Shown: positions 38,838 to 51,830 of the stretch, in pieces
Numbering within the stretch: the first letter of the stretch is position 1
Layout of the letters: each line of letters starts with the position of its first letter
Source of the DNA: Octopus sinensis
Taxonomy: Eukaryota
Direction: 5' to 3'
NCBI RefSeq assembly: GCF_006345805.1
Contig: NC_042998.1
Span: forward strand, 164,176,001 to 164,240,000
Length of the DNA: 64,000 nucleotides
Notes under the pieces: model-generated
Seen by the model: only the letters and a program-made list of their open reading frames with translations
Databases searched by the model: none
What the model was told of the DNA's origin: nothing
Program-made: the position numbers and the translations under genes

Positions 38838-39379
38838 GTATCAATTAAATGTAATAAATCTCATTAAGGGATTCAAATCCAATGAATATTCCTTATTCTT
38901 TATATACACACACACATACAAACTCGCATAGAGTAATTATTTAATCTGGTGAAATTGGTTCAGTCGCAGTGAGTTGATTACTTTCGTATGTAGTACTCAA
39001 TGTAAAATGCAGAGTGTACAGTTTAATATTCTATTCACTAGTTCGCTCTACGGTCATTTCATTCCTTCGTCGCCTTCGGGTGCTTCAGAAGGCGACAATA
39101 CGTTAAATATTTTCATAAGCAGCTGCAATACGTTACATATTTCTGTCATTTGACTGCAGCCATACCGGCGCACAGCCCTCAAAGGTTTTTACTCGAAAAA
39201 ATCTATCCCAGGACTTGGGATTTGACGAAGCGCTAGTTTACAGGGACGTAAACACCAACACTGGTTGTCAAGCTGTGATGGGACACGCATACACATATAT
39301 ATATGAAGACAGAACAGTCTTCATATATATAACTATATATATATATATATATATAATATATACTATATATATATATATA

Positions 39380-39750
39380 TATTGTGTGTGTGTATGTATA
39401 TATACGTAAGCATATATATATATGGGTGTGTGTTGTATATATACGTAAGCATATATATATATATGTGTGTGTGTATGTATATATACGTAAGCATATATAT
39501 ATATATGTGTGTGTGTATGTATATATACGTAAGCATATATATATATATGTGTGTGTGTATGTATATATACGTAAGCATATATATATATGTGTGTGTGTAT
39601 GTATATATACGTAAGCATATATGTATATGTGTGTGTGTATGTATATATACGTAAGCATATATGTATATGTGTGTGTGTGTGTATGTATATATACGTAAGT
39701 ATATATGTATATGTGTGTGTGTGTGTATGTATATATACGTAAGCATATAT
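39380..39750. repeat. Higher-order minisatellite GTGTGTGTATGTATATATACGTAAGC-(AT)n
   Basis: About 10 units with a CGTAAGC anchor. Confidence 0.9.
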
Positions 39751-39849
39751 ATATGTATGTGTGTTGTGTGTGTGGGTGTGTGATGTATTATACGTAATTA
39801 TATATATATATATATTAGTATGTGTGTTGTGTATGTATATAATAAGTAA

Positions 39850-39896
<47 letters not shown>

Positions 39897-40477
39897 ATAT
39901 AATATATATACACAGATATTACTGTACACATGTGTATTTTATATATCCACATATACATTATATAATATATATAGTATATATTATATATACATATACATAT
40001 TACATGTATGTATATAATAACCCGTGGCAGCATTGGTTATGACAATGAGGGTTCCAGTTGATCTGATCACCGGAACAGCCTTCTCGTGAAATTAACGTGC
40101 AAGGGGCTGAGCACTCCACAGACACGTGCCCTTAACGTAGTTCTCGGGGAGATCCAGCGTGACACAGTGTGACAAGGCTGGCCCTTTGAAAATAGGCACA
40201 TCAGATGTTAAAAATGGAGATGTTAAAATGGAGATGTTAAAATTTGAAAGAAGTTTAATTCATGCATACGACCGTTCCAAACAGCGATATTAAAACATGC
40301 AAATTCATGGTAGAATAATTAAGTTAATTTGATTAAATTAAATTAAATTATATGTTGCTGTTCTCCTCAGTGCAAGAAGTATAAACAAAAAATTATGAAA
40401 ATAAAAATATATATATATATATATGTATAATAATTTCATATAGAAATGTATATGTGTGTATGCTTGTATGTATATAT

Positions 40478-40636
40478 CATGGCTGTGTGCTAAGAAGCTT
40501 GCTTCCCAACCACATGCATCCGGGTTCAGTCCCACTGCGTGGCCCCTTGGGTAAGTGTCTTCTATTGCCTCGGGCCGACCAAAGCCTTTTGGGTGGATTT
40601 GGTAGAAGGTAACAGAAAGCGTCCCGTCGTCTATAG

Positions 40637-40699
<63 letters not shown>

Positions 40700-40906
40700 G
40701 CGTGTGTCTGTCTGTTTGTCCCCTCACCATCGCTTGACAACTGATGTTGGTGTGCTTCCGTCCCCGTAACGTAGCGGTTTGGCAAAAGAGACCGATAGAA
40801 TTAGTACTAGGCTTACAAAGAATAAGTCATGGGGTCGATTTGTTCAGCTTAAGGTGGTCGACTTTAGCATGGCCACAGTCAAATGACTGAAACAAGTAAA
40901 AGAATA
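40478..40906 (+). mobile_element. Family A SINE, full length
   Basis: catggctgtgtgctaagaagcttgcttcccaaccacatg ... aaatgactgaaacaagtaaaagaata. Confidence 0.85.
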
Positions 40907-41011
40907 CATACAAACGTGTATATGCGTATACAATATTCATATAAGTATAGTACGAATGTGTGTGTGTGTGTGTGTGTGTGTATAAATATGAGAGTGAGAC
41001 ATATATACTAC

Positions 41012-41082
<71 letters not shown>

Positions 41083-41358
41083 ATATGTGTGTGTGTGTAC
41101 ATAACATGCACACACATATCATACCTCATAGATAGACATCGACTTGTACATAGGTGTGTAAAGATGTAATTGTATACGTAATCTGTTACGTACTTTATAT
41201 AAAATCAGCTGTGTGTGTGTGTGTGTGTTCCCCCTACCCTTTCAGTGAAAAGAATAATTTTCCTATTTTATACCCCTATATACGTAACTTATAGCCAGTT
41301 GTTCAGACACTCTTGAATGTATACACATCGGAAGCTCGACCGTGCGATCGCACACATG

Positions 41359-41408
<50 letters not shown>

Positions 41409-41759
41409 TTTTAAATCTAATACGTTATGTATCATAGTTCTTATAAAAATATATTCTAACTTCTCACACCCACATACTCATAGCTCAACGCTTTCTCTCT
41501 CTCTTTCCCTCTCTTCCTCCCTCCCTTCCCTCCTCTCTCTCTCTCTTGTGTGTGTCTGCATACACAAACGCACAGACATGGAATGACGTGTGTGCGCGGG
41601 TGGGTGCATTTTTGCGTTTGCGCACACATATACATCTGTCTACATACGAGTGATATGATTATGTAGTCTTGATACACACACACACTCTCTCTCTCTCTCT
41701 CATATATATTTTATTATTATTTATTTTTATTGTATTTTTGTATTTATATTCGTGTAACA

Positions 41760-42012
41760 TCGTCTGTTTTTTCCATCCTTGTTTCGTACACATTCGATGG
41801 TTTTGTCCAAGGAATCTAATACTCTTAGCTTAGTTTTTTTTCCTTGGGGCTGGTCAGATTGGAGCAATCTCAAGATTAATCAGCCGAAATTGCGAGGATG
41901 ATCCGGTTCTTGACTGAGGATAGAAAGCTTCGAATGACCCGTCCTTGTTTTTTTTTTGTATCATCTATCTGGATGTTTTGTTATCCCCTTTTGCGTCCTT
42001 GTCCCATGTTGT
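41760..42012 (+). mobile_element. Interspersed repeat, probably Penelope-like; related fragment at 44030-44140 (-)
   Basis: Shared gatgatccggttcttgactga(g/a)ga...ttcgaatg(a/t)cc motif with the reverse complement of 44030-44140. Confidence 0.4.
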
Positions 42013-42015
42013 ATC

Positions 42016-42084
<69 letters not shown>

Positions 42085-42917
42085 TACACACACATCCATA
42101 TGAATGTTTATCTTCTATGTGTGTGGAATGCATATGTAAATTTTCTATGTATATGTATGTATAAATTGCATAGTTATGTAGTGTTAGCACATGTGTGTGT
42201 AATATATATATATAGATAGTCTTTCTTGTATACACCTATTTAGATGTATGCAAATGAGTAATATATACATGTATTATGTTTAGATGGGTGAGTTTGTGTG
42301 AGTACATACATAAAATTATACATATATAAATTTATATATGCACACACATTCACACTTGTAAGCACAATTTGCATTTGCTCCCATATTTTCGAGTGCACAA
42401 AAGTTGTCTAGGCTTTATGAAAAATAATCAAATCTCCCATAATAATTAATACATAAATAAACATGGTTCGCACGCATTATATACTGGATCTCCCTCTCTT
42501 TCTCTCTCCTCCCCCTTCCCCTCACATGCACATGGCTATATTACTATACTAAGTTAGCGAATACAGACAGGCGTAAAAAGTAAGTTTGATCTGCATATAA
42601 AAAAGGGGGGTTACTATATTATGTTAAATGTCTACGTACGAAATCGTAGAGCTGGTGAGTAAATAATTTTAAACTGGAGAATTGTGACCGTTGCGTTGTT
42701 GTTCATGTTGATGTAACACTTGCCAGAATAGTATTGATCCAGCGTGAAGAGCTTATGATTTCATAGGGGTTTTATTTTATTTTTGATTTTTTTTCGTTTG
42801 CTTGTTTCTGCCATTGGACTTCGGCCATGCTGGGGCACCGCCTTCAAGAGTTTAGTCGGAACAAATCGATTCTGGTACTTTTTTTTTAAAAAAAAAGCTT
42901 GTTACTTATTCGTATTT

Positions 42918-43385
42918 TTTTTATTGCCCACAAGGGGCTAAACGTAGATGGAACAAACAAACGGATTAAGTCGATTACATCGACGCCAGTGCGTAACTGG
43001 TACTTAAATTATCGGCCCCGAAAGGATGAAAGGCAAAGTCGACCTCGGCGGAATTTGAACTTAGAACGCAACAGCAGACGAAATACCTATTTCTCTACTA
43101 CTCACAAGGGGCTAAACACAGAGAGGACAAACAAGGACAGACAAACGGACTAAGTCGATTATATCGACCCCAGTGCGTAACTGGTACTTATTTAATCGAC
43201 CCCAAAAGGATGAAAGGCAAAGTCGACCTCAGCAGAATTTGAACTCGGAACATAGAGACGAAATACCTATTTCTTTACTACCCACAAGGGGCTATACACA
43301 GAGGGGACAAACAAGGACAGACAAACGGATTAAGTCGATTATATCGACCCAGTGCGTAACTGGTACTTAAATTATCGACCCCGAG
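42918..43385 (-). mobile_element. Family B SINE (Meta/Deu-like central domain gcctttcatcctttcggggtcgataa) as a tandem 180-bp multimer
   Basis: Units start at ~42918, 43081 and 43261 (aaatacctatttc). Domain name from recall, unverified. Confidence 0.8.
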
Positions 43386-43632
43386 CCATGATAAAACTCG
43401 GAGTTTTATCATGGCTACCGAATAATTGTCACATATATTTACAGATAAATTCCTGTTTACATAATACCGAGGTATCTTTCATTCCTTTGTTGTGTTACCA
43501 TTTCTATCAATATACTGCTTGTGTGTGTACGTATGTGTATATCTATATGATTATTTGTAGGTTTCGTTTGAATCATGCTATTTTAACACTCTCCTAAATG
43601 GGAGATTGTGTGTGTGTATGTATATATATGTA

Positions 43633-43673
<41 letters not shown>

Positions 43674-43971
43674 TGTGGTTTTGGGGGGGACGCACCTGAA
43701 GAAAATGCTTCTTTTTTTTTTTCATGATGTACTCGAATTTATTCATCAATAAGAAACCCATCTGTAACAGATCTATGTATAGCGTGTTTACAGTGTGTGA
43801 GTGTCCACACCCAGCAACCCAGAAAGTAAAAAGAAACCAAAGCATTAGACTAGCATGGTGATTCCTAATATCCACGCCCTGAGATCGCCCTCTCTTAATT
43901 CCTTTGGGAGAGGGAGCAAAAGAGAAGCATTTCGCTTGACCTCCTCTCTGTACTTTTAGACCCTCTCTCTA

Positions 43972-44006
<35 letters not shown>

Positions 44007-46169
44007 TAAGGTATGTAGAAAAATACAACATGGACAAGAACGTATAACTCATAGAAGACGATACAATAAACATGGACAGGACATTCGAACCCCTCAGTCT
44101 TCAGTCAAGAACCGGATCATCGTAGTAATTTATACACACACACTGTATAATCTTCTCCCTTTCCCTCGCGCATTGTTATTGCCTCTGCTTCTTCTCTTCT
44201 ATTCGGCTTTCCACACCTGACTGCTATAATTTCTGACGGTCACTTGTTGCTGGTGATTTCTATCATTTCATCAGGTGTAGAGTGAACTGAGGTGTGACGA
44301 ATTGTTAAAGGGGGATTTATCCCCATTGAGGTGGTGGTGGTGGTGGTGGAGCGTAGTGTCATTAGGGGGGAATTTTTGAAGCCTGCCCTGAGTCAGAGGG
44401 AAACATGTGGAGTGTTAACACTCACACATATTTGTTTTAGATACGTATTACACATATACACACATAAACATATGTACATTTACGCATACGTGCGTCTTAT
44501 ACGCACAGTCCAGTGTTTATAATGTAATTTGTATGTGTGTATTGTCAGCAACTATAAAGTATGAAAAGGTGAGAGAGAGTGTGAAGTTTAGTAAATGTAA
44601 TTTTAATTTTGTTACATTTTAATTTATATATACATATGTTTATGTAAGTAGGTATATGTGTGTCTGTGTGTGTGTAATATATAGATGTCTGTGTACGTGT
44701 GTGTGTACGTATGCATGTGTATATATATATATGTGTGTGTGTGTACTAGCCCTATCGGGCAGCTTTTGAGCTAGCTCCTGTGGAGGGCCCTTCATTAGGT
44801 CTTGGGCCTAACAATGACACTTCATGAATTAAATTTTAATCAACTTGAACAATAAACAATGAAACCTGTAAAATATTTTTAAATTCGATGGCCCAATTAG
44901 TTTCATGAATACGTTGTATTAACTGTAAATAAGCAATAAATATTATGATTTGTAAAATAAGTATAAGTGATACAGGGTGTCCCAACTGAATGTGGTGTGG
45001 AAGTTCGGTTTCATTTTTAAAGAATTTTTAAGCATTCAAAAGAATTTCAATTGGAAAGATGCAGAATTATCGGAGTTATGGGCATTGAAAGTGTACATGC
45101 ATCAAGAAATTGCAATAATAAGATTTAGCAGTTGAAAACTGTGAGTAGTGAAATGCAGAATTAGGTCCACTGATCGTGAGAATCAAATATTGATCGCTTC
45201 GCTAAAAGCTAACAACTGTAAGTGCAGGTGCTATGGGTTATTTCCCTTGGGTGTTTAAAAAATATTGTGCAGATGCTGGGCTTTGTATTTTCTCATAGCT
45301 CCCATGGTTACCGAGATAATCTACTATAATAATGCTTTTGTGTTTATGAATGAGAAAGGAAGGGATGATGTCATACTTGGTAGTGTACACTGAAAAAATA
45401 ATTCAAACAGCGTTTCAACTCTGTGAATATGTGTATGTAAAGGGGGGGGGTATGTGAATGTGTCTGCGTGTGCGTGCGCAATGCAAGTGGGATGGTTCAT
45501 CTTTGTTCGCTTACTATTTGGGTTTATTTTTTGATTTGGTTGAATCTTGGTTGTTTTTCCTTTTTTCTTGGTCAGTTATAGCATTTTGACAGAAAAAAGT
45601 CATTCTAAAATTGTTTTTTAACATAAGCGTGCCCAAACAAAGCAGGTTTTACAGCAACACCATCCAAACCGACCGAGTGAAACCGGACTTAGCTTATAGT
45701 ATAATATATAATTCAATATTTCGGGACTGAGGTTCTCTCTTCAGGAAATCTGCGGAGAAATGCTGTTGTGAGCTGTCTGTACTGTTCTATTGTGTTTATA
45801 TCCTTTACTCCCCGCGGTTAATTCCCTATTCATATTCAAATAAAACAATCATGAAAAGAGTTCTTGCCTTGACTATTTCAACATTGGTACATCAATAACT
45901 GTGTCGTTATCTAGTTCGATACCGTGTGGTTCGTAAGGATTTTCGCTGCAAACTTGTGCAGGTTGAGTTACTGAATGTTAGCCCCCTTAATGAACAAAAC
46001 TGTGGTGTCGAACTATTTTCCATGTCCTTCTTCCTTCAGTCTTGACCTTTATATTTGATATCTTCAGAGTAGATGGCTGAACGAGTAGGCCAGGGGGAGA
46101 TAGTTACTTTTAGATGCGGTTTGTATTTTGTTTTTGTTAGAGGGTGACAGGATGGAAAACTGACGACTA

Positions 46170-46550
46170 TATAGTCTTTTCTACTCTAGGCCTGAAATTT
46201 TGGGTGAGGTGACCAGTCGTTTAAATTGACCGTAGTACGCAACTGGTACTTAATTTATCGACCCCGAAAAGATGAAAGGCAGAGTCGACTTCAGAAGAAT
46301 TTGAACCTAGAACATACAGACGAAATACCTATTTCTTTACTACCCACAAGGGACTAAACACAGACAGGACAAAGACAGACAAACATATTAAGTCGATTAT
46401 ATCGACCCCAGTGCGTAACTGGTACTTAATTTATCGACCACGATAGGAGGAAAGGCAAAGTCGACCTCGGCGGAATTTGAACTCAGAACGTAACGGCAGA
46501 CGAAATACGGCTAAGCATTTCGCTCGGCGTGCTAACGTTTCTGCCGGCTA
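46170..46550 (-). mobile_element. Family B SINE, two tandem units
   Basis: Same 180-bp unit, junction cgaaatacctatttc at 46321. Confidence 0.8.
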
Positions 46551-47460
46551 TATATTCTGTAACCTATGTAATAGATAAGTGTGTGTATATTACTTCGTAA
46601 ATATATTACGTAACATATGTAATATACAGTTTTCTATATGTGTGTATTATATGCAATATGCATATATTATGTCATGTAATATAGATGAACATTGTATATA
46701 AAATTGTGCGTATATTCTATGATTTTTTTCCGGACACTGTGACCAAGGGCATGATGGGTCCCTGTCTTGAATGTGGATGTTGTGTTTAATAATCTAATAC
46801 CTATGTATTATGCACGTATGTGTTGTGTGTGTGTGGTGTGTGTGTGCATAGACAGACAGACAGATATGCGTATGTATTTACTGTATGTTTATAGTGTATT
46901 AGTGTATATATTGTATAAATTATATATTACGGATATTCTCTGTATATTACATATTAATTTGTCTTTCTTGTATATTTCCATTAATTTTTTTCCACCGTTG
47001 GAAAAACATAGTCACTACATACACTCTGTATGCACTGATTCTGTAATTGTGTGTGTGTATATATAGCATGTTCCAGTGTATCTACGTATATGATCGTATG
47101 TGAATATGTATGTAATCATACATGCTTGCTTCTGTGTATAACGCTAGACGCTCAGAGTCTGTACATGTGCAGAGGGCTGGCTGTAAGCGAATGAATGTTT
47201 GTTAGGTCTCGCGCATTCTTTTATGCATGCCCTCTTCCTTTCACGCTGTTGTGATATCTGGGTTTTGAATTTCCTGGCACGCCCCCACTCCACCCGTCAC
47301 ACCTACATTTTTCTTGTTTTTTTTTGTTTTTGGTTTTGTTTTTGTTTTTTGTTCTTTTAAAAACTTTTTTTGTTCCAACACTGAATTCCCAAAGAAAAGC
47401 TTTCTGTCGGCTCTTTACAGACGCGCACAGCGAACACACACACATTCATATCTACAAACA

Positions 47461-47495
<35 letters not shown>

Positions 47496-47599
47496 TGTAT
47501 ATTGTACATGTAAACTTTCAATATAAACAAATCTATGAATTTCAAAGAAAATAAATGCTAGAAGCGGTGTTCATTTATGGTGTGTTTGTGTACACACTA

Positions 47600-47634
47600 T
47601 ATATACATCTGTGGAAACATATATAATGTGTATA

Positions 47635-47669
<35 letters not shown>

Positions 47670-47710
47670 ATGTATGTGTGTATGTGTGTGTGTGTATGTA
47701 TGTGTGTATG

Positions 47711-47743
<33 letters not shown>

Positions 47744-48005
47744 GATATATCTATATGTATTGTATATATATAGGTATGTATATATATATGTATGTATTAT
47801 ATATATGTATGTATATATATATGTTGTATATATATATGTATGTATATATATATGTATGTATATATATATGTATGTAATATATATATGTATGTATAATATA
47901 TGGTATGATATATATATGTATGTATATATATATGTATGTATGTATATATATATATGTATGTATATATATATATGTATGTATGTATATATATATATGATGT
48001 ATGTA

Positions 48006-48043
<38 letters not shown>

Positions 48044-48333
48044 GTGTGTGTGTGTGTGTGTGGTTGTGTATGTATGTATGTATGTATGTATGTATGTATG
48101 TATGTATTATGTATGTATGTATGTATGTATGTATGTATGTATGTATATGTATGTATGTATGTATGTAGTATGTATGTATGTATGTATGTATGGATGTATG
48201 TATGTTATGTTGTATGTAGTATGTATGTATGTATGATGTATGTATGTATGTAGGTATGTATGTATGTATGATATGTATGTATGTATGTATGTTGGTATAT
48301 GTAGTATGTATATTGTATGTAGTGTATATATAT

Positions 48334-48365
<32 letters not shown>

Positions 48366-48420
48366 TGTATGTATATATATATGTATGTATATATATATGT
48401 ATATGTATAGTATGATATGT
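47600..48420. repeat. Compound (TA)n/(TG)n/(TATG)n microsatellite field
   Basis: Direct reading. Confidence 0.95.
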
Positions 48421-48900
48421 ATTGTATCCACGGAATGTATATGTTATTTATATATGTGTGTTACAAAATACATATAAATATGTCTATATATAAATACTTG
48501 TAATTGAACATATATGTATACACATATATATACACACACATACGCAAAGATACAGTTACATACTTTTTTGTGTGTGTTTATGTATGTATAATATACATTT
48601 TATGTTGCCTTATTAAAATTTATGAAGAGATAACGTTCTGGTACCGCTTGTACGTAAGTTACTTTCAATGTTGTACCGCCACTGCTTTTGTATGTTCTCT
48701 CAGCCGTGCTTTGCTCTTGTAGTCGTTTCTAGCTCCAGTATGACCGCAGTCAGGTGAGTGGAAGAAATACAAGAGTAATTAGTGCCCGTGTGTATATGCT
48801 TCCTGTAATTCTGTTGTTCCATTCCTTGCCAAGCCCCTCAAGATCATCAATGTAGGACCACGTCATCAACCGAAAACTCTTTGTTAGTGTGGTTTTAATA

Positions 48901-49390
48901 CAGGGTGCTCATAAATTACCTGTTCTTCACTCCTGCTCCAGAGCGTAGGCTGCGGGGTCACTCCGAAAAGCTCTATCTGCGACGATTTTATCTCAATCGA
49001 AGGAGAGGGGCTTTCTCCGTCCGGGTTGCGGATCCGTGGAATAAGCTGCCGAACGAGATAGTGAAGATGCCGACGACCGCTCGGTTCAAAGTTTCTCTTG
49101 ACCAGAAATGGCCTGAACTCTTTGCATGAACACCCCTGTACATAACTCCATGTCCTCCTACATGGCCTTGCTTTTTGAGCCAAAAAATTAACTTAAATTA
49201 ACTTAACAATTTGAAAAATACACCAGGAAGAAAAAACTGAAAACTAAGGGTAAGGCAAACACATAGTTCTATTAGAAGCACCACAACACTTTATTGGTAT
49301 CTTTTTAACATTTAAAGAAGTTGATTGATGGGTTTCATCTTTAATTAGTTCAATGAACTGTGCAACTTGTGAAGGTTTATGGGCACCCTG
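48901..49390. mobile_element. Tc1/mariner-type MITE with a nested CR1
   Basis: TA|cagggtgctcataaa ... tttatgggcaccctg|TA: inverted termini with TA target duplication. Confidence 0.75.
48920..49206 (+). mobile_element. 5'-truncated CR1-clade LINE (ORF2 C-terminus, 3'UTR, tail)
   Basis: Open frame RLRGHSEKL...RRGAFSVRVADPWNKLPNEIV...FKVSLD matches the CR1 ORF2 C-terminal signature. Stop at 49127-49129, tail (aattaactta)2. Confidence 0.85.
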
Positions 49391-49879
49391 TATAAGTGAA
49401 GTTCGGCTGTTATTTTTAGCAAGTCGAATTTCTCTTTGTTCACTTGGCTCCTCTCACCACCGCCGTTTGTGTGTATATATCTTCCGTTCTTTGTTGTCCC
49501 CTTTTCTCATATTAGATGTGCGGGTTAGTACAAGTACGCTTCAGAATGGTGATTCTGTTCTTGTTGAGGTTTTCATTTGTCTGTTTATATATTTCATTCG
49601 CTGTTTCCTTCATCTTTTTTACGCTTTCTTTCTACTTCCCTTCTATTCTGTTCTATTTTTCAAGCTATGTCCTTTCCTCTTCTAGTAGATGGGCTACCTT
49701 GATATAAACCACCCGAGGCTGTATTGCATATAAAGGGAGTATTTGCACTATCGTTCATATTTCGAAATATCTTAACTGACGAAGATGCTGTGTAAGAGAT
49801 GAGTTCCTTTCTCTCTTTTGTTCAGTGATCTGAAACGTGCGTATAAATGCATTCAAAATATCAATATTTGGTTTGACTT

Positions 49880-50212
49880 CATTATCTCCGTCTTTGCTAT
49901 CCGTAGACAAGATATCTCAAGAACCACTGGATGGATTCGGATGAAACTTTCAGGGATGTTTGTTTGGCCCCGTGACTGACACGAACTGATTAGATTTTGG
50001 TAATGATCCGGTATCTGACAAGAATTCTGGATTATTATTTTTGTATTTTACTTAATTTTTGAGAGCGGTCGGGTTCATTTTTAGTATTCTCGTTTGTGAG
50101 AGCAGTAAAGTTTATTTCAGATATTCTCATTTTAAAAATCATCTCTGGCTAACCGTTGAGAGGACTTTGGTGTTGCCTTGGCGGAGATTTGCTCTCTCTA
50201 AGTGCTCTTGTT
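49880..50212 (+). mobile_element. Helentron/HINE-like non-autonomous element
   Basis: Subterminal inverted repeats atctccgtc (49884) / ggcggagat (50180), short 3' stem-loop-like tail, T-rich junctions. Confidence 0.5.
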
Positions 50213-50368
50213 TTTATGTATTATACGTCTCCAAACCATTACAAGCTAATCAGCCCTTGTTTCGTTTACACGGATACCGTTACTTAAAATTATTTCCATT
50301 GATCTTCATGTCATAAAATGATAATGCGTTCCGACGAGATTTTTTTTGAAAATTATCATATATATATA

Positions 50369-50841
50369 CTCTTTTTTTTTTTTTTTTTTTATTTGTTTCA
50401 GTCATTTGACTGCGGCCATGCTGGAGCACCGCCTTTAGTCGAGCAAATCGACCCCGGGACTTATTCTTTGTAAGCCCAGTACTTATTTTATCGGTCTATT
50501 TTGCCGAACCGCTAAGTGACGGGGACGTAAACACACCAGCATCGGTTGTCAAGCAATGCTAGGGGGACAAACACAGACACACAAACATATACACTCACAC
50601 ACACTTGTGTAACATATATATATATATATATACTATATATAATAATTATATATATATTATATATATATATATATATATACATGACAGGCTTCTTTCAGTT
50701 TCCGTCTACCAAATCCACTCACAAGGTATTGGTCGGCTGGGGCTATAGCAGAAGAACACTTGCCCAAGATGCCACGCAGTGGGACTGAACCCGGAACCAG
50801 TGGTTGGTTAGCAAGCTACTTGCCACACAGCCACTCCTGCG

Positions 50842-50843
<2 letters not shown>
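50369..50843 (-). mobile_element. Young family A SINE with long poly(A) tail
   Basis: Near-identical to 62537-62917 in reverse complement. About 20-nt T run at 50372-50390, inserted in (TA)n. Confidence 0.9.
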
Positions 50844-50884
<41 letters not shown>

Positions 50885-51299
50885 CATATATATACATATA
50901 AAACAACGAGCAACATGACGACTTTCATGCATGAAAGTAACAATATCTAACTATATGCAGTTACAATATGTATATATAAAGATCATTTGAAGAGAAATGT
51001 GTTGGGAAATTAGAACCCGAATATCGTAGTAGGGTACGTTTTTACCAAAAAAGATGTTGGCTATTGTGTGAGAGATACTGGCGGTGGAAAGAGAATTATT
51101 GAAAGGATGAGGAATACTACCTTCGAATTAAGCTTCATCAACATCTACCTATCCAAAATTGTTTAACGCATGTTTTATCTTTGTATACAGTTAAGTGTTG
51201 GAAGAGAGCTCATTGTAACCGTGTAATTTTTATATTATTTTATGTTTAGAATTGCTATCAGCAAAATCTTTTAACCCTTCTTGTATAAGTGCCAACCCC

Positions 51300-51830
51300 T
51301 TAGCAGTATTCTCTGCAGTAAATTTAAGTGAAGGCAAAGGAATTTCTCTAGTCTCATCTGTATTCGCAGTTTAATTTTGTTCGAACAACATAACTCTCCG
51401 TTTGTTAAACTTTCTCTATAGGACACTATCGATTCGACCACAATTATCCTCAATGACGTCTTCAAAACTTCATTTGCAAATGTTAGAATATTTTTCTGAA
51501 TTTCGTGTAGACTTTCTACTTGTAGAAAACTTGTAGAGTCACGGATATATTGTAGCCATTCCAAAGTCAAGGATTTCACTTGTTCCCATGCCTCAGCTAT
51601 CTCATCCACAGCATGCATTACGTTGAAGAACATTTAATCTTTCGAAAGTCATTGACAGGGAAAATAAACCTCTTGCTTAGTAATCTTAGATTTATGGGGT
51701 TCCTTGATTGGCACTAGATCGGAACTTTCGTCATGCTATGTTACTGACAATTTCTTTGCTTGATTTCATGTAAACACCCTCAATCTTGTATCCTAGTTTT
51801 TGTACTGCTCCCAACGTCTTGGGTCTTCTA
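51300..51830 (-). pseudogene. pogo/Tigger-like transposase remnant
   Basis: Minus ORF FNVMHAVDEIAEAWEQVK resembles the end of the pogo DDE domain. An NQGT motif upstream in another frame resembles the DQG motif. Stops and frameshifts present. Confidence 0.5.

Noticed and set aside
41900-41945. CUGAGGA...GAAU here, CUGAAGA...GAAUGUC at ~44080-44115 (-), and CUGAUGA at 36461 as hammerheads
   Set aside because: GAAU instead of GAAA, and no convincing stem I or III could be built.
42918-43385. CRISPR-like regular repeats
   Set aside because: Eukaryotic SINE multimers with no unique spacers and no cas genes.
44971-45400. TACAGGGTGTCCCA mariner-like terminus
   Set aside because: No matching second TIR found, so the element cannot be delimited.
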